NCBI GenBank assembly: GCA_020137815.1 | Contig: CM035352.1 | Coordinates: 5,580,001-5,644,000, forward strand | Source of the DNA: Hormiphora californensis | Lineage: Eukaryota > Animalia > Ctenophora | Direction: 5' to 3' | DNA length: 64,000 nucleotides | In this document: positions 34,874 through 45,205 of the stretch, piece after piece | Numbering within the stretch: the first letter of the stretch is position 1 | How the letters are laid out: every line of letters begins with the position of its first letter | Program-made: the position numbers and the translations under genes | The notes under the pieces: generated by a model | What the model saw: only the letters and a program-made list of their open reading frames with translations | The model's database searches: none | What the model was told of the DNA's origin: nothing

Positions 34874-37800
34874 TTGTCATATTGAAAATACCTTTCGCTG
34901 GTGACACTGCGCCATCACGTTGAAGATAAGACCAAAAATAAGAATAACCGACAGGAGAGTTACAAGAGTGTAATCTGCAGTTTCATCTCGGATCGTGGTT
35001 GAATTTTTCATCTCCTAATCGCTGGGAGGGCTTGGGTTTTGTTAAAAAGAATTAGAAAGTCCGTTTTCTATAAAGCATGCACATTAAAGCAAAGTTTCAG
35101 ACAATTTGAGGTGAGCGCCAAGTTTTAATTCACAAATAATGCAATCCCTCCTCGGCCCTTCTCTCGTGATATTTATATCCAGAGTCTAATTTTGATGTTG
35201 TAATCCAACTTGTACTTGGGGTGCACCTTATTGCTCCACCAATTCTAACAATGCTATTATAATAGCGATATACAAAAGTAGACAAAAAGTGACGCTCCCC
35301 CCCCCCCCACCGATATAATAGCATTGTTAGAATTGGTGGAGCAATAAGGTGCACCCCAAGTACAAGTTGGATTACAACATCAAAATTAGAGTTTGTAGAG
35401 TAAAAGTAAATAGGTTCACTGTCAACGTGTCACAAAATAGGGCCCTATAGGGGGGGGGGGGGAGAACTGCTGAGACACTCCACGCACCACTCCCACTACA
35501 TTAAGTTATTTAGGAGATGGGAGATCGGTTGGTTTCAGGGGTGCAATTCATGCATCAGCAAAGGTCAGGTAGCTGTGTGTACACGTTTCAACTTCAAATA
35601 CTGTCTGCACTATGTATTTTAATATTTCAACAAAACATGTTCCTGCAGAGAGCTGAAAGAATCATTAACTCGAGAGTTGGGAGTAAGGAATGTGTTAAGG
35701 GATGAGATGGCCCAGCTTCGAGACGCCTTCCAGGGAAAACAGCACCACAATGATGCAGTACGTTAATTAGTTAATTAATTAGTTAGTTCTCTATAATTTG
35801 TATACTACTACTACGAGTGCCTGGGCTTGCCAACGGCAAGCCCACAGGGGACTATCGCAAGCGATATCGCCGGCACTAGGAGAGCAGCCCCCCCAATCCC
35901 CCCACGAAAAAACCAAGAGGTTACAACAAGGACCTGTCATCTGACACGATCACTTGAAGGTGGTTCAAGGATTGGAGGTGCGTCTCCTGCGGTAGTTGTT
36001 TGATTTGTTTCTATTGTTTCCCTGTTCTGTGTATTTCCCCTGTGCTACCATCAGGGGTTATACTCTCCTTATTTCATTTTTTTTCTTTCTCTTCTTTTGC
36101 TTTGAGTTCATGAACTTTGCTTATGATCTTTAAGGCTTCCTCTGTGTGGTGTAGTATTGTTTCTCCTAGGTTATCGTAGTTTGTTTTTCCGCTTATTCTC
36201 ATTCTTACTATTTTCAGTGTTTCGCAATCGCATATCAGGTGTTTGGATGTTTCCTCTGCCTTAGAACATAGGCTACATGTTGCTGAGTTTGTTTTCCCAA
36301 TTTTTTTGAGGTACTTGTTGAATGGTCCTATATTTGTGGTGAGGTGTGTGATGTTTCTGAATTTCTTCCTGTTCTTTTTGTATATTTCTATCTTTTTTGT
36401 GAGTGTTTTCCAAGTTAATTTGCTCGTAATTATTTGTTTTGTTTGTTTGCCACCTTTTTTAAGGAAATGATTCCATGTGTTTTCCTTGGCTGTTTCCTTA
36501 GTGTTTGTTTTGATGTAACTCTGGGGGATTGGGCTTGGTAGACTTTCGCTTATTTGTTTCTTACTTCCTTCTTTGGCTAGTATGTCAGCCGCCTCGTTGC
36601 CTTCTATCCCTATATGTGCTTTAACCCATTTGACTGTTACGTGATTGTGTTGGGCCAGTTTATTTAGCTCGTTATTGCTCTGCTTTATAGTCTATAATTT
36701 GTATGATACGTGATTTATAGCATGTTTTAATCAATTAACAGTCATATGATAAAAAGTCAACTACTACTAGTTTTGATGCTCTACTGAAACCAATTAAGGT
36801 GATCAGAAGTTTACAAAGGGAAAACCAGGCGCTGAAGCAGCAGCTAAGGAAGTACGTCTCGGTAATACAGACAATACGAAGGCAGCACGATATTGTTGAT
36901 ACCCCTGAGATTGCCGCAGGTATACTAATTTTCAGGAAATAGCATAATAACCTGTATTTTGTACCCTACCTTTCTTCAATTTTCTTAGAATATTCTAGAC
37001 CCTATCAAATGGGGCCTGAAATGCCACATTTTAGTCACATTTCGCAATTTAGAGAAAGAGAGAGCAAATAGGGGATAATGATAGATAGGGGATAATGATA
37101 GATAGGTATAATTTAAGCAACTTTTGAAAGATTACCTGTCAACAAAATATGAATCAATAAGTTGACCAATCGGCTGTTTTTGAGTCGCATAGTTCTGATA
37201 CAATGAAATAGTGTTTATTTAGGACTGTACACGACTCGGAGATTTATCTCAGGAAAGATAATACGGAACGGTTTCGACGTTTAACGTCATCATCAGCTCA
37301 AATTAATTTGTTTAAAGTAGTGTTGAAAAGTTTGAGCTGATGATGACGTTAAACGTCGAAACCGTCCCGTATTATCTTTCCTGAAATAATAATAATAATA
37401 AGTCGTCTACAGTCCTAAATAAACACTATTTCATTGTAACAAAATATGGGTCGTGGACCCTCAACAGTGTTAGTGAACTACGAACTAGGGCACCAACTAT
37501 CACTATACCAATAATGTTTCCTATGTTTCAGTGTTGGTGGAGGTTCCAGTTGTCCAGCCATTACAACTACCACTACCAAGCACCTCGACCAACTGTGATA
37601 CAACTGCTTTAGAACAAAAGCTAGCCCAGGTGACAACATTAACCACATGATTCATAATTACCACATATAATTAATTACCACAGTCAAAACAATATGAAGG
37701 ATCCCTATATTATCCCTATATTATCCCATTAAACCTTTTTTAGGTTTCTGAAATGCACGGCGAACTACTGGAGTTCAATCAGTCCCTACTGGCACAGAAC

Positions 37801-39353
37801 ATGTCAAGAGAACGGCAACTTGCTGAAATGGAGCAGAGACTGTTAGCTTTCCAACAAAAGGTATTACCCTGGCAGAGCAGTGACCTAACCCTATTTTAAT
37901 TTCTCACGAGCGCGTTAGAACAGCGCTCAGAAAATAAATATTGCATTGTGCTGGGAGTAAATTGTGCAACAAAACTAACGCACTCGCAGACCACCATCAG
38001 AGTTGCCTTGCTCGACCCTCTTTCCGTGCTACCTCCACGTAAAGGATGATTAAAACAACATCAGAGTGGACGGTTTACCTAAAATATATAAGCCTTCCTC
38101 ACTGATGATGGGACACATTATTTTAACATCTTTCGTATATATGAAAGTATAGTGTTCAGTACTATTCCACTGGCTGCATTCCATGTTTCTAATTCCTCTT
38201 ATACTTCGAACAACGATCTTAACGTATAGGCAATCATATCACATTATCGACCTACCGAACATATAAGATTGGCCATATCATACCGAGAGACTTATCGGTG
38301 CGTGATCTTGACCAAGATTTATTAGGCACCAAGATTGTATTAGGCCCCATATATCGCGTAAAACAAACTAATTAATCATTTTCTTGTACGAAGCTAACTA
38401 AAAAACATTTAAAGAACACTACACTCAAATGTACAGACAATGATGAATGAAAGCTCCGCCTCTTCTGTAGAGCAATTTCACCGGTGTCACTTCAAAATGA
38501 TTAATGAACTAGCAGGAAAAATCTCATTAACCTAAATATTAAAGTTCCTAATCGAAATTGGGTCAACAGCTCAAACCGTACAAACTTTATGATTGGATTT
38601 GCTATGAGCAAACTCCTTTTTTCTGAACTGGCTGATCAGTGTAGCCTACATAGATGGTACTAGCCTACTCACTTTTTTTTCATAAATGGCACTTCTTTTT
38701 TGATGAGTTACATCATGGATCTTCGACCCGGAGAATATATTGGACAGGGATTGGACACCCTGTATATATATGCATGTTAGTGTGTTAAAATTAACCTTGT
38801 CTAGAACCAAGCTTTCAAAAGAAGGTGTTGTTTTCAATTATATGAAATGAACTGAAACACACAAATAAAGGAAAAGCAATTTTCCAAACAACGTTCGTGC
38901 AATGTGTTCAAACCTGGTGCTTTAGAAGGCCTGCAAACTTGCCAGCAAACTTGCCTTGTTCGAACCTCTCTCGCTCACACCCCCCCCCCCTGTTAGAACA
39001 GGTTGAACAGGACAAACCTCAATATAAATATAAATGTGTTTCAGAGCTCAAAGGGGAAGAAAGCACATAAGACAATGATTCTCGCAGCCGATCTACCATG
39101 GTATGTTGCGTTGTGGATAACGCACAGCTGATCGCGGTATCATTCAAGCAACTCTCTAAAACAGCACTGACTATATAGAGATTATATAGAGATCACCAAA
39201 TATCAAGGAGCTAAACCACGATGACAATTAGTACGACACTTTTTCCCGCCCTACATACAGTATCAATTATCATCCATTTAAAGGCTCCAAAGGAGCTGCA
39301 TACAATAGTGCAAACGCTTTAAAAGCAATGCCTAATTTTAAGAGAGACAGAGG

Positions 39354-39416
<63 letters not shown>

Positions 39417-40472
39417 CGATAGGACCCCAGCTTTGGACCCTATTCCATTTGTACTCTATCAACCAATCCCTCACCTTGTGCAGTTGAAAACCCAACCACC
39501 CCCTGTCCCTTAAATAGCTAAGCATATACTATTCTCTATACAGACAGCCTCAATATGCCCTCTTGAGTGTATTACATGGTTTACCCTGAGCTTCGAGTAA
39601 TAAATGTATGAGGGTCGGAATAAAGTATTCCCCCATGCAATGAATTTTAATGTTCTCCACAAAGTCCCAGTGTCCCGGGACACCGGGCACAAAGTCACTA
39701 TTTATAAGCCCTCGCATCCCTCGCAGTGGTGAAGAGTTTGCTGTTGTGACAAGTCCGTTGTTGAAAGTGTGGATTCCAGCAGCCATGCCTAGGAAGGAGG
39801 GGGCCGCCAGTTACCATGTGTATCAGGTACATTGCCTGCAGCTAGACTAGCTGTTAGAACAAATTAACAAGTACTGAAGGGGTTCAATTATAGTTATTTG
39901 TGGATTACACGTCCATTACCACCCAACTACGTAGATAGTGGTACAAGTGAACACAGAGCAATGGACGATATACAGAAGATACACAGATTTCCGTCTTTTT
40001 CATAAATCAGTGAGTTTTTAAAGAAAGCCGTATACAAAGTACCACATATTAATAGTTAATACCGACCAGTTTAACTTTATTATTTAGTATGTATATTTTT
40101 TGCCTGAAATTATAGCAAACTATAAAAAAACTGTCTGCCCCTTTTAGCTAGTGGCGAGATATCCATTTTTCGCAAAGTTAGAGCTCCCCAGAAGACGCCA
40201 CTTCACAAGAAAGGTACAGTTCTCAAAACGGCATTATACGGCATTATATTATCATATTATATTATATATACCGCGAGTGCACATATCACTCCCGCTGTGC
40301 GCGACCATTTGCACTGTGAAATATGCACTGTGCTTCCGCGGGAGCGAGCAGATATAGAGGTAGCGGGATATATCTGTGAGATTTGCACGCACAATTCATC
40401 CCTCACTGTACACAACTTTACACACACACAGCACGTCACACAGTCTGTGTTTCACTCTGTAGTTGTTTCTTT

Positions 40473-40566
<94 letters not shown>

Positions 40567-43279
40567 TTGCTTAGGATAGTGACACACGCCACTTAATTGA
40601 ATCAGCTCTCTAATCTGCAACTTTTTTAGTTCTTTATTTCTCTCTCTCTCTCTCTCTCTCCCTCTCTCTCTCCCTCTCTCTCTCTCCCTCTCCCGCCGAT
40701 CATCCCCTTATCAATCTTTATTTCTTGGAATTTCCTTCTCTCTCTACCAATACTAAGCTGAGGTGCCATTTCTTTCCCGCCTTCTGGCGGTTTCGCATCT
40801 CTCACAGAGCTCTGCTACCACTTCCCAAATTTCAAGTTTTTACATTTTATTCTATTATGAATTATTTAACAATCATTTTTCACACTAGCTCAGCATTAAG
40901 CATGGTCAATACTCGTGCCACCGCTCCAGTTCCCGTCAACATGATGGATGACTGCTGCAACACATCCGACGAGGACATGTTTGATGACATCACCCTACCC
41001 CCGGACTATGTTCCTCCAGCTACAAAACCGAGATATCCTAATCGACGTCCTACTGCTGCCGTGGCTCCTACAGCTACCTCAGCACGTCCTAGTGGTGCAG
41101 CTACTGCAGGGAGGTCCCAACCTAATTTCGATCTCATGATTGATGAACTGTTGGAAGGATCCACTCCTGCCAACACTCAGCGTGCCACGAAATGGGCTGT
41201 CAACCACTTCGATTCTTGGATCGTCTCTGTTGAAATCTTCCCATGGACCACCTTACTGACAGTTCCACCGGTACACTTGAACAAGGTGTTATCTGCTTTC
41301 GTGACTCATCTGAACACTCTAGAGCTCCGGTCAACCACCCTCTATCAAATTCACTGTGGACTGAGCCGTGAATTGAAATCGAAGATGGGGAAAGACATCA
41401 TTGAGGACCTTGCTTTCAAAAGTTATCGTGATGTCCTAGACGGGATGATGAAAGCAAAACAGGCAAATGAGGAACGTCGGCACACCAAAGCACAGGCTGA
41501 TATTATCTCTCCTGATGAAATGAGAGAAGTGGTCAACTCTTACCGGCTGAATGAAATAACTCCTCCTGAACTTCTTGAGCTCCTGTTATTCTCTATTCAC
41601 CGTGTGTTCTGCACTAGAGGATCGGATGAATTGAGCCAACTAACAATTGGCTGCATACAGGTTAAACTCCAAAATCAGTCTCCAGTGAAGGTGACATCAA
41701 CATACCTGGAGAGAAGGTCTAAAAACCGCCAACCGGGACTTGCCAATGTTCACAAGGAACCTAAAATCGTCACCCATTCGGAACTGTACAAACCTGGTAG
41801 TAGCAACTGTTTTGCAGTCGTGTTGATGAAATATCTGTCTCATCTACCCCCTGATCTGCCCCCATCTACCAAGCTTCTGTGCCACCCATTCACCAAGCCG
41901 AAAGACAACGTGTGGTTCAACCCATCTAAACCCATCGGACGAAATTATTGTCCCAAACTGTTCAACAGAGCACTGCAACATGGAGGTATAACTAGGGTGT
42001 TCACTATCCGTACTATGAGATCAAGTGTAGTCCACCAGTTAGCGGATGCAGGACTCTGCCCGGAGCAAATAAGGACACGGACCGGGCACTCAACAAACGC
42101 GGCTACCCTCCAATACACCAGATACAGGAATAACCAAACTCATGAGGAAATTTCTGATATTTTGAACAAATCTGTGTCTCCTGAAGGACCTTCTCTCTTC
42201 AACTGGGATGATCCTGATCGCCTCATCAAGAAGATGCTTGTCTTGGTACTCCTACTCGTGGCCCTTCTGCTACTCAAGTTCATTTTCTTTTAAATGAATT
42301 ACTCTTTTAATTCTTCTCTTATATCATTGTTTACATGTTTATCTCAACAAAACGTATCTCATTATAACGTTAAGTTACATAATCAGCTACGTTTTCATAT
42401 GAATCATATTTCACAATCTCGTTCTCGCGGAATATATACTCAATAACGTCCTGCACGGCATGTGCAAGCGTTCCTATATCGCACTCGTTTCACTCGTGCA
42501 ATATAGGTGTGAAATGCACTCCAGCTGCGCTGTCGTGCATTTCACCTCCATATACGCTCTGCAGTGCAGAGCGTATATGGCGCGCTTGCACTGCGTGCAG
42601 AACGTTATGTACTATATATTGTCATCTTTCTCTATACCTGCTACATGGCATAGAATTAGAATTAGAGAACAATGCAGAATTTTTAGCCGAATGAAATGAC
42701 TATAGCCTTCTATGATCAGTCCATAATAATTGACCATTTGGCATGCCAAGTGACAACCCCGTATGCCTTTTTGTAAATCAAATAGATTCATTTGAACAGA
42801 TGGCACTTTATCTTACAAATTGGTAACAGATCATATTATATGTGACATATTATTGCATATACTATAATAGGGAGCGCTATTTAGCCAACTTATATCAGGA
42901 AGCGACTGTGGTGGAGGAACGCCGCGTTAAGCTCGAGAGCTATCTACAGCGAGTAACGTCTTATCTGGCGGACAAGAAACTTGGAGTCGACTGCCCTACC
43001 ATGGACTTAGAACTCAACTCTAGCTTCAACACAGTCGTAAATGCAATACAATTTCTCAGGTATGTTTTATAACGTGAGTAAGAGTTAATTTGCCATGCCA
43101 TATTCATGCCATATACAGTCGGACCCCGATTTAGTGGCATACTCGGAGGGAAGAAATCCTGCCACTAAATCGGGGTGCCACTAAATCGGGGGCCACTAAA
43201 TCGGGGTTCGACTGTATGTCATATTAATTTTAAATTAATTTTCAGAACCCTTGAAGAGGACCTTGCATATGGATTTTAG
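6427..43279 (+). CDS. SNX29: Sorting nexin-29-like (RUN domain, low-complexity linker, coiled coil, PX domain), multi-exon
   Basis: Approximate exons: 6427-6633 (LLGKLEDAITSVQLKYGG...VANLCRCLENVF), 6811-6907, 6994-7094 (GRFRSWLR/STLNDGLMGRYL), 7284-7469, 7690-7907, 11621-11699, 11881-12342, 12533-12669, 12755-12846, 13034-13114, possibly 24411-24448, 35649-35757, 36799-36919 (RENQALKQQLRKYV), 37531-37629, 37744-37860 (VSEMHGELLEFN), ~39727-39826 (KVWIP...YHVYQ), 39934-40009 (WTIYRRYTDF), ~40148-40213, 42899-43059 (EERRVKLESYLQ), 43246-43279. Domain order and peptides match SNX29 as recalled. Confidence 0.85.
8214..8867 (-). mobile_element. Helentron/DINE-1-type non-autonomous element (HINE)
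   Basis: On the minus strand: 5' TTTCCCTGCCC subTIR plus GC hairpin; 3' GGGCAGGGAAAC subTIR, GCATTATG-CATAATGC stem-loop, CTTGTT end. Inserted in a T-run without TSD and absent from the opposite arm of the host foldback element. Confidence 0.7.
9287..9628. mobile_element. Palindromic MITE (~165-bp arms)
   Basis: TCTGACTGTGGTCTG...CCAATCAGAGGCC is mirrored by GGCCTCTGATTGG...CAGACCACAGTCAGA. Confidence 0.7.
10529..10589. mobile_element. 61-65-bp mini-MITE (TTGTTATGTT...AACTTAGCAA); other copies 10899-10963, 28314-28395, partial ~47328 and ~47457
   Basis: Imperfect 10-bp TIR. TSD CTTTTTTG here, GATCTACA at the second copy, GGAAAGGAA at the third. Confidence 0.7.
12358..12466. mobile_element. 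hAT-type MITE (CAGGAACCGACCGA TIR, 8-bp TSD)
   Basis: TSD GTTGTTAT on both sides; CAG...CTG termini. Family copies at 32017-32128, 49983-50077 and 54581-54684. Confidence 0.85.
12877..13015. repeat. ~20-bp tandem minisatellite (CAATTAAATCATGCAATAAT)
   Basis: About 7 tandem units visible inside an SNX29 intron. Confidence 0.85.
13381..13957. mobile_element. MITE with G-rich imperfect TIRs and 8-bp TSD
   Basis: TSD GACTCACA at 13373-13380 and 13958-13965; TGACATGATAAATTGTTAAT / ATTAACAAAATTATCGTGTCA inverted ends. Confidence 0.65.
17498..20304. mobile_element. Tc1/mariner(pogo)-type non-autonomous foldback element with 16-bp (AATAAGAAACCCCAAA)n arrays
   Basis: TIR CCTTACTCTCGTTAATTAAG / CTTAATTAGCGAGAGTAAGG; TA TSD at 17496-97 and 20305-06; mirrored arms extend inward to ~18270/18870. 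Confidence 0.85.
19082..19668 (+). mobile_element. Non-autonomous Helitron
   Basis: 5' TC; 3' GCCCGT-ACGGGC hairpin then CTAG; inserted between A and T with no TSD. The empty site CCTAAACAACA^TTTTACCTAG is confirmed by the opposite arm of the host element (18051-18071). Confidence 0.85.
20371..21714 (-). CDS. LINE ORF1, gag-like nucleic-acid-binding protein with three Cys/His knuckles
   Basis: QCFHCQRYGHVAGSVYC, CAFCSGDHDTRQC, CVNC...HPASSNLC. Overlaps the ORF2 start. Confidence 0.85.
   Translation of the reverse strand: MVERSLASLLQDRMSGVAPQYGNGMTRTKKDYEGELLGTSFSDRCKGSTVVKCLEEGRMTPPDGPTREHLWRMIVMCYNMLPDTSRCATLSSESGVSFSCDDLKDSFSKLKQDLIDSLPGLVAPKVSEILKVSQEENGSGTSRSIDHLAKKPSPPTPVKRYVNIKDTSDEGATPMCEEKWTTVVRSKVEKALKNIPVLDTSVNRKHTQLFFETDDDLKEAEKALSPFLDVTPVVEKQKKRDPRLMISDLDQDLLNKDALMDAILSDKNEGIKRLHQAGQAINVVHVNIPGKYAVIKVAPEIRTMIANNRDRIFLKLRQHIVKDRFYVTQCFHCQRYGHVAGSVYCPNKDKSPTCAFCSGDHDTRQCNAKKDNDLGRMKCVNCDVGGSKEDKRYAKSHPASSNLCPHYVNARGRLMENTSGVTKERKNSYLTRAWEDLKVKRRGGSVH
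21864..21906 (-). other. Spliced-leader-like sequence at the LINE 5' end
   Basis: AGTTTCAAACTTTTCAACACTACTTTAAACAAATTAATTTGAG; 39 nt are identical to 37297-37335. Matches the ctenophore SL as recalled (ends TTTGAG). Confidence 0.8.
22753..24142. mobile_element. Kolobok-like foldback MITE (~600-bp arms, TTAA TSD, GG termini)
   Basis: TTAA|GGGTACGCTAACC...GGTTAGCGTACCC|TTAA. Twin spurious ORFs 22873-23070(-) and 23825-24022(+). Confidence 0.8.
25702..32259 (-). CDS. Rhodopsin-type 7TM GPCR, multi-exon, nested antisense in an SNX29 intron (start uncertain)
   Basis: TM-like exons in order: ~32130-32200 (GPTFHNILIVLL), 31817-31965 (TTVFFFMVLSMTN), 30445-30553 (ATLLVILLMAVGRLFAMTWPFRY), ~29975-30050 (GVLWAFPLCVSLVPY), 29418-29590 (TM5), 29180-29295 (KATKTLLVLGSTFCLTYL), 28432-28535, 26167-26392 (YLSCITDPLVY), ~25910-25985, 25702-25780. 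Confidence 0.7.
26515..28045. mobile_element. 1.5-kb dispersed non-autonomous element, copy 1 (subterminal IR CCGACCCGAAG/CTTCGGGTCGG, terminal hairpins)
   Basis: Near-identical to 50816-53445 minus its insert; contains many TGCAAGGGC motifs. Confidence 0.85.
31355..31680. repeat. (GA)n / (GAGACA)n / (GAAACA)n microsatellite cluster; similar tracts at 18340-18425, 39355-39410, 40480-40690 and 58990-59100
   Basis: Direct inspection. Confidence 0.95.
32017..32128. mobile_element. hAT-type MITE copy
   Basis: Same TIR as 12358-12466; TSD GTGTATAA. Confidence 0.85.
32655..34344 (+). CDS. Rhodopsin-type 7TM GPCR, ~5 exons, nested in the same orientation within an SNX29 intron
   Basis: Exons 32655-32959 (TM1-2, HLSVSD), ~33104-33279 (TM3), 33429-33776 (TM4-5, AIPIIVP), 33855-34023 (TM6, VYVVCN), 34180-34344 (TM7 LSPILH, stop TAA). 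GT-AG boundaries visible. Confidence 0.8.
34500..34872 (+). mobile_element. Probable 3' UTR fragment of an L2-type LINE
   Basis: Ends TGGGCGGTATATAAG...(ATT)n, resembling the 3' end of the L2 at 14108-14190. 5' limit is approximate. Confidence 0.45.
35185..35390. repeat. Inverted repeat (~75-bp arms); shorter near-perfect palindromes at 28572-28652 and 30740-30817
   Basis: TCTAATTTTGATGTTGTAATCC...ACAATGCTATTA is mirrored on the right. Confidence 0.75.
35804..36690 (-). mobile_element. 5'-truncated RNase H-bearing LINE (LOA/R1/I group)
   Basis: Minus strand translates VTVKWVKAHIGIEGNEAADILAKEG (RNase H) and CSLCSKAEETSKHLICDC (CCHC). (TAG)n tail; 14-bp TSD TCTATAATTTGTAT at 35790-35803 and 36691-36704. 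Confidence 0.85.
37199..37438. mobile_element. Palindromic Penelope-like pLTR remnant: hammerhead core on each arm, SL at centre
   Basis: ~100-bp inverted arms, each with CTGATGA-T-GACGT/ACGTC-GAAAC, followed by AATAAA. The spacer is the SL motif (37297-37335, minus strand). Confidence 0.65.
40263..42619 (+). mobile_element. Crypton (tyrosine-recombinase DNA transposon), apparently complete
   Basis: YR ORF flanked by hairpin-rich ends, TATATAT at both termini, subterminal IR ATATATACCGCGAG / CTCGCGGAATATAT. Lies in an SNX29 PX-domain intron. Confidence 0.75.
40901..42293 (+). CDS. Crypton tyrosine recombinase (DUF3504-like) with hydrophobic C-terminal tail
   Basis: NTQRATKWAVNHFDSW N-terminal helix; catalytic-type residues RGSDE (R), ERRSKN (K), TIRTMR (HxxR position), RTGHS (H), LQY (Y); VWF...PIGRN. 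Start assumed at MVNTRA; the frame is open from 40725. Confidence 0.85.
43116..43214. mobile_element. Tc1/pogo-type mini-MITE (TA|CAGTCGGACCCCGATTTA...CGACTG|TA); relatives at 50614-50713 and 60083-60240
   Basis: CAGTC termini and TA TSD in all three copies. Confidence 0.8.
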
Positions 43280-44082
43280 TTCTACTATGGCGTAGCTTGG
43301 TGGATCTACACGGACAATTATTTTATAGTTATACTTATCTGGTTATCTGGTTGTCGTAAAAGCTGAAACAAGTGATGGCACTTTTATGTAGTGGTAAAAC
43401 GCGATCCACGGCAGTATTGAACTTATATCCCGGCCCACTAAAATATGATATAGCAATTTTAATTCGGTAGATTAATGCATTCGCTTTGTTGCACCAAAGC
43501 TTATCCAAAGTGCATATTTTCATAGACCTAGATAAATTGCACTCTTATAAGACTAAGAGCTCAGTGGCCAGCTTGACGATAAGCAAGGGATATTTATAAT
43601 ATGCTTTCATATTCATCATATTTTATAGACGCTAGATCAATTGCATAGATACTCATACTACAAAAAAGGCATAGCAGTATAATAGCGCTGCTATTAGCAT
43701 ACAGGGTTAGAAAATGACTAAATTTAGTATACATATTAAGTCACCTGTTAGTCACGTTTCACACTGCCTTCCATTTTGGTAGGGTACCTTGCATGTCAAC
43801 AGTAGGCCGATCAGTTACTCATTGTTTGTTTGTTTGTTTGTTTCCATAAATTCTTTTAGTCCTCCTTCACATTGCACTTGGGTCTTGGATTGCATTCTGG
43901 GCTGTGACAGGTGACATGATCTCAACAGAATATTCCCAAAATGAGAGTATCATGATACTGGGTAGGGGAAACCAGGCGAACATATATCACCTGAACAGTT
44001 TTATCATGGGTTTATGTTATGTAGTTGATCCGCAAATTACCGGTGCCCGACTTATTGCCGAATCGATTAATACCGTGTACAA

Positions 44083-45205
44083 GGGGGGGGGGGGTGACAC
44101 GTAACACTTTGTAACACTTTGTAACATGTAACGTGCACAAAAAGTTTTCTGCACATGTTACAAAGTGTTACAAAGTGTTACATAGTGTTACAAAGTGTTA
44201 CATAGTGTTACAAAGTGTTACATAGTGTTACAAAGTGTTACATAGTGTTACATAGTGTTACAAAGTGTTACATAGTGTCACAAAGTGTTACATAGTGTTA
44301 CAAAGTGTTACATAGTGTTACAAAGTGTTACATAGTGTTACAAAGTGTTACATAGTGTTACGAAGTGTCACAAAGTGTTACATAGTGTCACAAAGTGTTA
44401 CAAATTGTTACAAAGTGTTACAAATTGTTACAAAATATTTACAAAATATATAAGACGGTTGGTGAATAAGTAATTTGAGCGACTTTGGTGTCTTTCTAGA
44501 ACACATCTAAAAGTTTTAAATCATTTCTAGGGTTAAAACATACACTTTTTTACTGATTTGCAGATGTTTTGAGCCTGCGATGTCATCGACTGTGGAAATC
44601 AGGGCTGAAATAGTCCATTTGGTAAAGAAAAATATGAACTTTAGACAACGGTAAAGTTTTTAGAGTGATATTAAAAGTATTGTGCCTCTCAGAGGCCCCC
44701 AATGTGCTGAGTCACCTGTGAGTTGTGACCCAATCGACTTTTTTTCATTGGTAATCGATTCTTTGTACTTAATAAGATGATATACAACGTTTCTGTTGGA
44801 AAAAGAAATAAATTTTTCCAAAATCAATTTTTTGGTCAAAGATTGAAAATTTGCTTCGCTACAAATCCTTGTGTGTTTGTAAATATTTTGTAACAATTTG
44901 TAACACTTTGTAACAATTTGTAACACTTTGTGACACTGTGTAACACTTTGTGACACTTTGTAACACTTTGTAACACTTTGTAACACTATGTAACACTTTG
45001 TAACACTATGTAACACTATGTAACACTTTGTAACACTATGTAACACTTTGTAACACTATGTAACACTTTGTAACACTATGTAACACTTTGTAACACTTTG
45101 TAACACTATGTAACACTTTGTAACACTTTGTAACACTTTGTAACATGTAACGTGCACAAAAAGTTTTCTGCACATGTTACAAAGTGTTACGTGTCACCCC
45201 CCCCC
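44083..45205. mobile_element. MITE with poly-G GTGACACGTAACAC TIRs and 10-bp (GTGTTACAAA/ATA)n arrays
   Basis: Inverted ends ~80 bp; apparent 7-bp TSD TGTACAA at 44076-44082 and 45206-45212. Confidence 0.75.

Noticed and set aside
40725-40900. N-terminal extension of the Crypton ORF
   Set aside because: Starts at TTG beside a CT microsatellite and looks like UTR; ATG 40901 preferred.
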